Source: Patescibacteria group bacterium
Lineage (GTDB): Bacteria > Patescibacteriota > Kazan-3B-28
Reading direction: 5' to 3'
Assembly (NCBI GenBank): GCA_041649135.1
Contig: JBAZNQ010000001.1
Location: 163,037 to 227,036 of the forward strand
DNA: 64,000 nt
Positions 59,190-64,000 of the stretch are shown one piece after another. Position 1 is the stretch's first letter. Every line of letters starts with the position of its first letter. Below the pieces are notes generated by a model. It saw only the letters and a program-made list of their open reading frames with translations. It did no database searches and was not told the origin of the DNA. A program made the position numbers and the translations under genes.

Positions 59190-59312
59190 CACTAGCCTGA
59201 TTTCAGGCTGTATTGTACACGAAAACCCCACTCTCTTCAATCCCCAGAGAGAATCTAAACGATCTAACCAGCCTTCGCCGAACACCCCACCCAGTCAAGT
59301 TTTCTCCCATCT

Positions 59313-59410
59313 GGCCATTGGAGCTTGAGCGTCTTGGGTTTTGAATCCCCTTCGAGCCAATTGCGTCCTATCCTAATTTGGCCATTGGAGCGAAGTCGTC
59401 TTGAATTGAG
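59313..59410. repeat. dispersed repeat family 'GGCCATTGGAGC ... GAGCCAATTGCGT', copy 2 (59313-59364) plus partial copy 3 (59380-59410)
   Basis: matches 28914-28964. Confidence 0.7.
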
Positions 59411-59511
59411 ATAAATTGCCGTCGCGGGGGCATGTTTGACGAGGTGGCAACCGAGGAGTTTGCCCTTTAAGCGGTAAGGCAATTTGTCCAATGAACAGAC
59501 CGAGCGAACAC

Positions 59512-59551
59512 GGCCACGGCTTTGGATACTTTCCCCAAGAGGAAAGTATCC
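59512..59551. repeat. conserved hairpin element 'GGCCACGGCTTTG + stem-CCAAGA-stem', copy 2
   Basis: ggccacggctttg GGATACTTTCC ccaaga GGAAAGTATCC. Confidence 0.7.
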
Positions 59552-59609
59552 GCCCCTCAAGGGTGGCGTAGACCCTTGGAAAGAAAAATAAACATTTCTG
59601 TTTCTGTCT

Positions 59610-59635
59610 GGATTCCCGATCAGGTCGGGAATGAC
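59610..59635. repeat. GTCAT palindromic mini-element (intergenic copy)
   Basis: reverse complement GTCATTCCCGACCTGATCGGGAATCC. Confidence 0.7.
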
Positions 59636-59674
59636 GAAGGAAAAAAGAAACAAAAACAAAGCCGAAGGCAAAAC

Positions 59675-61873
59675 CTAAGACTTCTCTTCAAATCCACACT
59701 TCGTACAAACCGGATAGCCTTTTTTCGCTGGTTTAGTCATCATTTCTCCGCAAGTTGGACAAGGCTGCTCTACTGGTTCATCCCACGAAGCAAAATCACA
59801 CTTCGGATAATTACCACATCCCCAAAATACTTTCCCACGTTTGGTCCGACGTACTACTACTCGTCCTTCCTTACATTTCGGACAAGCCATATCGACTGTC
59901 GGCAAATTAATATTTTCAATATTTTTGCATTCCGGATAATTGCTACAACCATAAAACGGACCAAACCGGCCAGTTTTTTTCACCATCGGCGCTCCACACT
60001 TACTACACACTTTGTCAGTTGCTTCAACCGTGCTCTTACCATGACCATCAATTGGTTCGGTATATTTACATTCCGGAAATCCCGAACAAGCCATAAATTT
60101 TCCAAACCGACCGGTTTTTATCACCATCGGTTTACCACATTTGATGCAGACTTTATCAGTCGCTTCATCTTCTGTTACTTGTTTGACCACTTCTTTGTCC
60201 TTTAATTGTATTTGCTTAATAAATGGTTCATAAAATTCCCGTATTACCGGCTCCCATTTCTTTTTGCCTTCCGCCACTTCATCCAGATCATCTTCCATCC
60301 GCGCTGTAAAATTATAATCCACGATATTGGGAAAATGTTCTACTAGAAAATCATTTACCATCATCCCGACTGGTTGCGGGATCAACATTCGTTTTTCTTT
60401 TTTGACATAGCCTCGCACACCCAAAGTTACGATCGTTGGCGCATAAGTACTCGGTCGGCCAATTCCCATCTTTTCCATTTGCTTTACCAGCGATGGTTCA
60501 GTATACCGAGCCGGTGGTTCAGTAAAATGCTGGGTCGGCGAAACTTTCAACAATTTTAGTATCTCATCATTAGATACTACTGGCAGTTTATTTTCTTGAA
60601 ATGGCCACCTATCAAATACTTTTGCAAAACCGGGGAAAATAATTATTGCCCCATTTGCTTTACTCTCCACGGTGTCCGACCTCACGATCACTTCTTTGGT
60701 TTGGATCTGCGCCGATTTCATTTGGCACGCGATCATTCTCTGCCAAACCAATTTGTATAATTTAAACTGCTCATCGGTTAGTTTGCCTCGCACTTGGTCG
60801 GGAGTTAGCGCTGGATTAGTCGGCCGAATTGCTTCATGAGCTTCCTGTGCCCCTTTACTCTTGGTTTTATAGAATCTTGGTTTCTCCGGCAGATATTCCC
60901 CTCCAAACATCTGTTCGATAGTCTGTCTCGCTACCATCACCGCCGACATTGCCAAACTCGTTGAGTCAGTTCGCATATAAGTAATTAGACCAACCTGTCC
61001 GCTTCCAACATCCACCCCTTCGTATAGTTGCTGGGCTACCGTCATCGTGCGCTTTACCCCAAACCCCAACTGCGTTCCTGCCGCTTGCTGAAGTGTTGAA
61101 GTAGTAAACGGTGCTGCTGGATGACGTTCTTTCATATCATCCTTAATGCCAACGATCTTGTGTTCGGTAGCATTCTCCAATATCTTCACGATCCGATCAG
61201 CGTCAGCTTGTACCACCAAAGTCGGAACCTGACCATTTTCTTTGATGACCTCGGCAACCAACTGTTCGCTACCAGTAGTTTGAAATTGCGTTTCGATCGT
61301 CCAATATTCTTGAGGATCAAATGCTTCGATCTCCCGTTCTCGTTCGACTAATAATCGCAACGCTACTGATTGCACCCGTCCGGCTGATAACCGCCTAAAG
61401 ATCTTCCGCCACAATAACGGGCTTAATTTATAGCCCACTAACCTATCCAAAATTCTCCGCGCTTGTTGGGCATCAACCAAATTCAGATCAATTTTGCGAG
61501 TATGTTTAAACGCCTCCTTAATTGCTTCAGGTGTAATTTCATGAAACGCCACCCGATGGATTTTTTCATCAGCCTTTTTCAAAACTTGCTGAATATGCCA
61601 GCCGATCGCTTCTCCCTCACGATCCTCGTCAGTTGCTAGATAGACCTCATTAGCCTTACTCGCCAGTTCTTTTAATTTAGTTACTGTTTTTCGACTCGCA
61701 GTTGGGATGACATATTCCGGTTGGAAATCATCCTCCACCGCCACCCCCAATTTTGATTTCGGTAAATCCCGAACGTGCCCATAAGACGCTTCCACTTTAT
61801 ATTTATCACCCAAAATCTTGGCAATTGTTCTTGCCTTTGTTGGTGATTCCACAATAACTAAATCTTTGGTCAT
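59675..61873 (-). CDS. topA: DNA topoisomerase I
   Basis: TOPRIM N-terminus (LVIVESPTKARTIAKILG), catalytic Tyr region, three C-terminal CxxC...CxxC zinc ribbons. Confidence 0.9.
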   Translation of the reverse strand: MTKDLVIVESPTKARTIAKILGDKYKVEASYGHVRDLPKSKLGVAVEDDFQPEYVIPTASRKTVTKLKELASKANEVYLATDEDREGEAIGWHIQQVLKKADEKIHRVAFHEITPEAIKEAFKHTRKIDLNLVDAQQARRILDRLVGYKLSPLLWRKIFRRLSAGRVQSVALRLLVEREREIEAFDPQEYWTIETQFQTTGSEQLVAEVIKENGQVPTLVVQADADRIVKILENATEHKIVGIKDDMKERHPAAPFTTSTLQQAAGTQLGFGVKRTMTVAQQLYEGVDVGSGQVGLITYMRTDSTSLAMSAVMVARQTIEQMFGGEYLPEKPRFYKTKSKGAQEAHEAIRPTNPALTPDQVRGKLTDEQFKLYKLVWQRMIACQMKSAQIQTKEVIVRSDTVESKANGAIIIFPGFAKVFDRWPFQENKLPVVSNDEILKLLKVSPTQHFTEPPARYTEPSLVKQMEKMGIGRPSTYAPTIVTLGVRGYVKKEKRMLIPQPVGMMVNDFLVEHFPNIVDYNFTARMEDDLDEVAEGKKKWEPVIREFYEPFIKQIQLKDKEVVKQVTEDEATDKVCIKCGKPMVIKTGRFGKFMACSGFPECKYTEPIDGHGKSTVEATDKVCSKCGAPMVKKTGRFGPFYGCSNYPECKNIENINLPTVDMACPKCKEGRVVVRRTKRGKVFWGCGNYPKCDFASWDEPVEQPCPTCGEMMTKPAKKGYPVCTKCGFEEKS

Positions 61874-61940
61874 AAATTTTTTCTTCCCCCTGTTCCCCGA
61901 TCCCTGATCCCTGATCCCTAGCCCTCGCAGACCCTTCGTA

Positions 61941-61964
61941 GTTCCGCTGAAGAGCAGAACGTAG
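61941..61964. repeat. degenerate intergenic copy of the TTCTGCTG-N-CAGCAGAA palindrome
   Basis: gttccgctgaagagcagaacgtag between topA and dprA. Confidence 0.45.
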
Positions 61965-61969
61965 TCGGG

Positions 61970-62842
61970 CTAACCCCTCACCCCAAACTTCCCCATACCA
62001 GCATTAATAATAACTCCGCGCATTTCTAAGAAGGTTACGATAACGTTTATCTCCGATGTCGTCAATTCTGTCAATTGGGCAATCTCATCAATTGTCTTGG
62101 CACCAGAGGTAAGTGTGTCATAAATGATTTGTTCCAATTCCGTCAAATCATTCGCTACTGCCACCATTGGCGCCTCTACCACATCATTGGGTCCCAAAAC
62201 TGGTTTAGCCCCTTCCGCGATCAATTGATTCGGACCAAAAGCATTTGGATTGGTAATCTGCCCCGGTACCGCTAAAACTTCTCGATTATAATCCAACCCC
62301 AATCTAGCAGTAATCAATGCCCCGCTTCCTTCTGCCGCTTCCACCACCACGATCTTGTGACTCAAACCAGCAATAATCCTATTTCGTTGTGGAAAATGTT
62401 GTTTCAACGGCGGCGTCCCTGCGGGATATTCCGAAATTAAAGCTCCTCCGTTTTGAAGGATCACCTTAGCCAATTCTCTATTGGTAGGCGGATAAATTGA
62501 TTCATCATCAATCCCTGAACCCAACACCGCCACTGTTACTCCTTTTTGATTGACCACCGCCTGATGTGCCAAACTATCCACTCCGTAAGCCAAGCCACTC
62601 ACGATCACACATCGATTGGCTAGCTTTTCTGCTAAAACTGTCGCCACTTGGATCCCATATGGAGTCGGTTTACGCGAACCAACCATAGCCACCATTTCAT
62701 CACCTCGCCAATCTAAATTCCCCCGCACATACAATTTCTGTGGCGGATCAGAAATTTCTTTCAACTGGGCAGGATATTCTGCATCAGTCATATCAACTAC
62801 TCGAATATCGTTTACAACTTCCATAACGTTTTCAGAATACAT
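61970..62842 (-). CDS. dprA: DNA processing protein A (Smf), Rossmann-like DNA-binding domain
   Basis: MVAMVGSRKPTPYG..VIVSGLAYGVDSLAH..GGALISEYP pattern of DprA. Confidence 0.8.
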   Translation of the reverse strand: MYSENVMEVVNDIRVVDMTDAEYPAQLKEISDPPQKLYVRGNLDWRGDEMVAMVGSRKPTPYGIQVATVLAEKLANRCVIVSGLAYGVDSLAHQAVVNQKGVTVAVLGSGIDDESIYPPTNRELAKVILQNGGALISEYPAGTPPLKQHFPQRNRIIAGLSHKIVVVEAAEGSGALITARLGLDYNREVLAVPGQITNPNAFGPNQLIAEGAKPVLGPNDVVEAPMVAVANDLTELEQIIYDTLTSGAKTIDEIAQLTELTTSEINVIVTFLEMRGVIINAGMGKFGVRG

Positions 62843-62903
62843 ATAATATATGTGATTGGTCTACCCCATGTTAATCCACCAGACCATGATCGCAGTAACA
62901 TAG

Positions 62904-63001
62904 AACTCTCTACTCTCTACTCTCTACTCTCTACTCTCTACTCTCTACTCTCTACTCTCTACTCTCTACTCTCTACTCTCTACTCTCTACTCTCTACTCT
63001 C
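62904..63001 (+). repeat. heptanucleotide microsatellite (TACTCTC)x13-14 in the dprA/hypothetical divergent promoter region
   Basis: perfect 7-nt periodicity from 62911 to 63001, then TTACT and ATG 63007. Confidence 0.9.
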
Positions 63002-63006
63002 TTACT

Positions 63007-63501
63007 ATGAAACCTAAACCATTTGTCCGTAGTTTTTGGGGAATCGCCTTTATCCTCATCCTCACTCTGGTCTTATTGGGTGTAAAAAACTATCGCACAA
63101 ATTACTTCGGTTTTAATCTCGACCATTCAAATTTAGTTGGTACATTGATTGATAAAAAACAGGCTGGTACAGCCCATTTGATCACTAGTGACACCGAACT
63201 AGCCAAACTCTGCCATCTGACTAAAGATGCTCAAATCGATTGGCAAAATCAAGTCGTCTTCGCCTTTTTTGGGCTAACCAAATCCAGCGACCAACTTGAA
63301 TTAACCAGTCTCCGACGGCAAGGTGCTGATGTCAACCTCCATTACGCCGTTACTCCCCGATCTACTCCGACCACCAATTATCCAGTACTATTGACTGTCG
63401 TTGATCGCACTCGGTTAATCGCTTCCAGCACTCTGACTGTAAAATTTATCAATAACAATACCATTACCAATCTCTTCACCATCACCCCTGACCAAATCTA
63501 G
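63007..63501 (+). CDS. hypothetical membrane-anchored/secreted protein
   Basis: N-terminal TM helix (FWGIAFILILTLVLLGV); 164 aa; flanked on both sides by heptamer microsatellites. Confidence 0.4.
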   Translation: MKPKPFVRSFWGIAFILILTLVLLGVKNYRTNYFGFNLDHSNLVGTLIDKKQAGTAHLITSDTELAKLCHLTKDAQIDWQNQVVFAFFGLTKSSDQLELTSLRRQGADVNLHYAVTPRSTPTTNYPVLLTVVDRTRLIASSTLTVKFINNNTITNLFTITPDQI

Positions 63502-63559
63502 TTTCCTGTCCCCACTCTCCATTATTCATTCTTATTTCTTCACTCGTCATTCTTAATTC

Positions 63560-63629
63560 TTCTCTCTTCTCTCTTCTCTCTTCTCTCTTCTCTACTCTCT
63601 ATTCTCTATTCACTATTCACTATTCACTA
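63560..63629 (+). repeat. drifting heptamer microsatellite (TTCTCTC)x4 then TTCTCTA then (TTCACTA)x3, against the next start codon
   Basis: 10 consecutive 7-nt units ending 6 nt before ATG 63636. Confidence 0.85.
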
Positions 63630-63635
63630 TCCCCC

Positions 63636-64000
63636 ATGGCCCTCGACATTTCCGTTAACACAATTTTTAAAATTCTCATCGTCCTACTGGGGCTTTGGTT
63701 TGTATTTGTAATTCGCGATATCATCGCCATCATTTTTGCTGCCCTCATTGTTACTGCCGCGCTTTCTCCTGTCGTTGATCGCATGGCCAAAAGCGGCATC
63801 CCTCGAGTACTCACCATTCTGGTTGCCTATTTACTACTAATTGGCCTGATTGGCGTTTTGGTCTATTTCATCTTACCGCCAGCTATCACCCAGCTCCGCC
63901 AACTAGCCGATCAACTCCCCAGTTACTTTAGCTACTTCCAAAATCTGGTGAACAACATCAGAGAGTTCGGTCTTGAGAACCATCTTATCACCGACTCTCA
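63636..64000 (+). CDS. AI-2E family transporter (PerM/YdiK-like), 5' partial, continues beyond the window
   Basis: MALDISVNTIFKILIVLLGLWFVFVIRDIIAIIFAALIVTAALSPVVDRMAKSGIPRVLTIL matches the conserved AI-2E N-terminus. Confidence 0.55.
   Translation, partial: MALDISVNTIFKILIVLLGLWFVFVIRDIIAIIFAALIVTAALSPVVDRMAKSGIPRVLTILVAYLLLIGLIGVLVYFILPPAITQLRQLADQLPSYFSYFQNLVNNIREFGLENHLITDS

Noticed and set aside
62904-63001. CRISPR array
   Set aside because: 7-nt units with no spacers. It is a microsatellite, and no cas genes are in the window.

Overview
This 64-kb window looks like a compact, gene-dense chromosome with a mixed housekeeping backbone. The many small secreted or membrane hypotheticals, the short non-discriminating-type AspRS and the VirB4-like ATPases suggest a Patescibacteria/CPR-like organism, but that is my inference and I ran no searches. 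Backbone genes I can read directly from the translations: a MacAB-like efflux module (adaptor, ABC ATPase, FtsX-type permease), an OmpR-type response regulator and sensor kinase pair, dgkA-murA, nfo, aspS, a D-Ala-D-Ala carboxypeptidase, der, pth, mfd, gatC-gatA-gatB, ligA, tdk, uvrC, uvrA, topA, dprA and the start of an AI-2E family transporter. Two paralogous membrane-anchored VirB4/TraC-like (AAA_10) ATPases sit inside housekeeping operons. One of them is next to a protein that combines a sigma-70 region-4 motif with a HARE-HTH-like C-terminus. The strongest candidate for something new is a roughly 9.8-kb island (about 11.95-21.76 kb) between murA and a tRNA-Glu(CUC) gene on the minus strand. 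A large serine recombinase gene runs 3'-into the tRNA. The island also carries an operon with a clear GHKL/Bergerat-fold ATPase (N-box EYIDNSLD, G1 DNCEGM, G2 GRFGLG), two unknown proteins, a terminase-small-subunit-like HTH protein, and a divergent 610-aa protein with four N-terminal transmembrane helices. Beyond that the window is unusually rich in small repeats. There is a family of ~25-nt GTCAT-headed palindromic mini-elements, several inserted in frame in uvrC and in a glycosyltransferase gene. A TTCTGCTG-N-CAGCAGAA palindrome is inserted in frame in aspS and gatC. There are 9-mer GATTGGTNA tandem tracts, one making in-frame SHQ/SNQ repeats in gatA. Heptamer or octamer microsatellites sit directly against the start codons of at least six genes. 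Two ~40-60-nt repeat families are scattered in intergenic 'repeat islands'. A 1.1-kb GC-rich, ORF-poor, hairpin-rich stretch between uvrA and uvrC has a minus-strand promoter and intrinsic terminators and may encode large non-coding RNA(s). All domain calls rest on motifs visible in the ORF translations. Nothing here comes from a database search.
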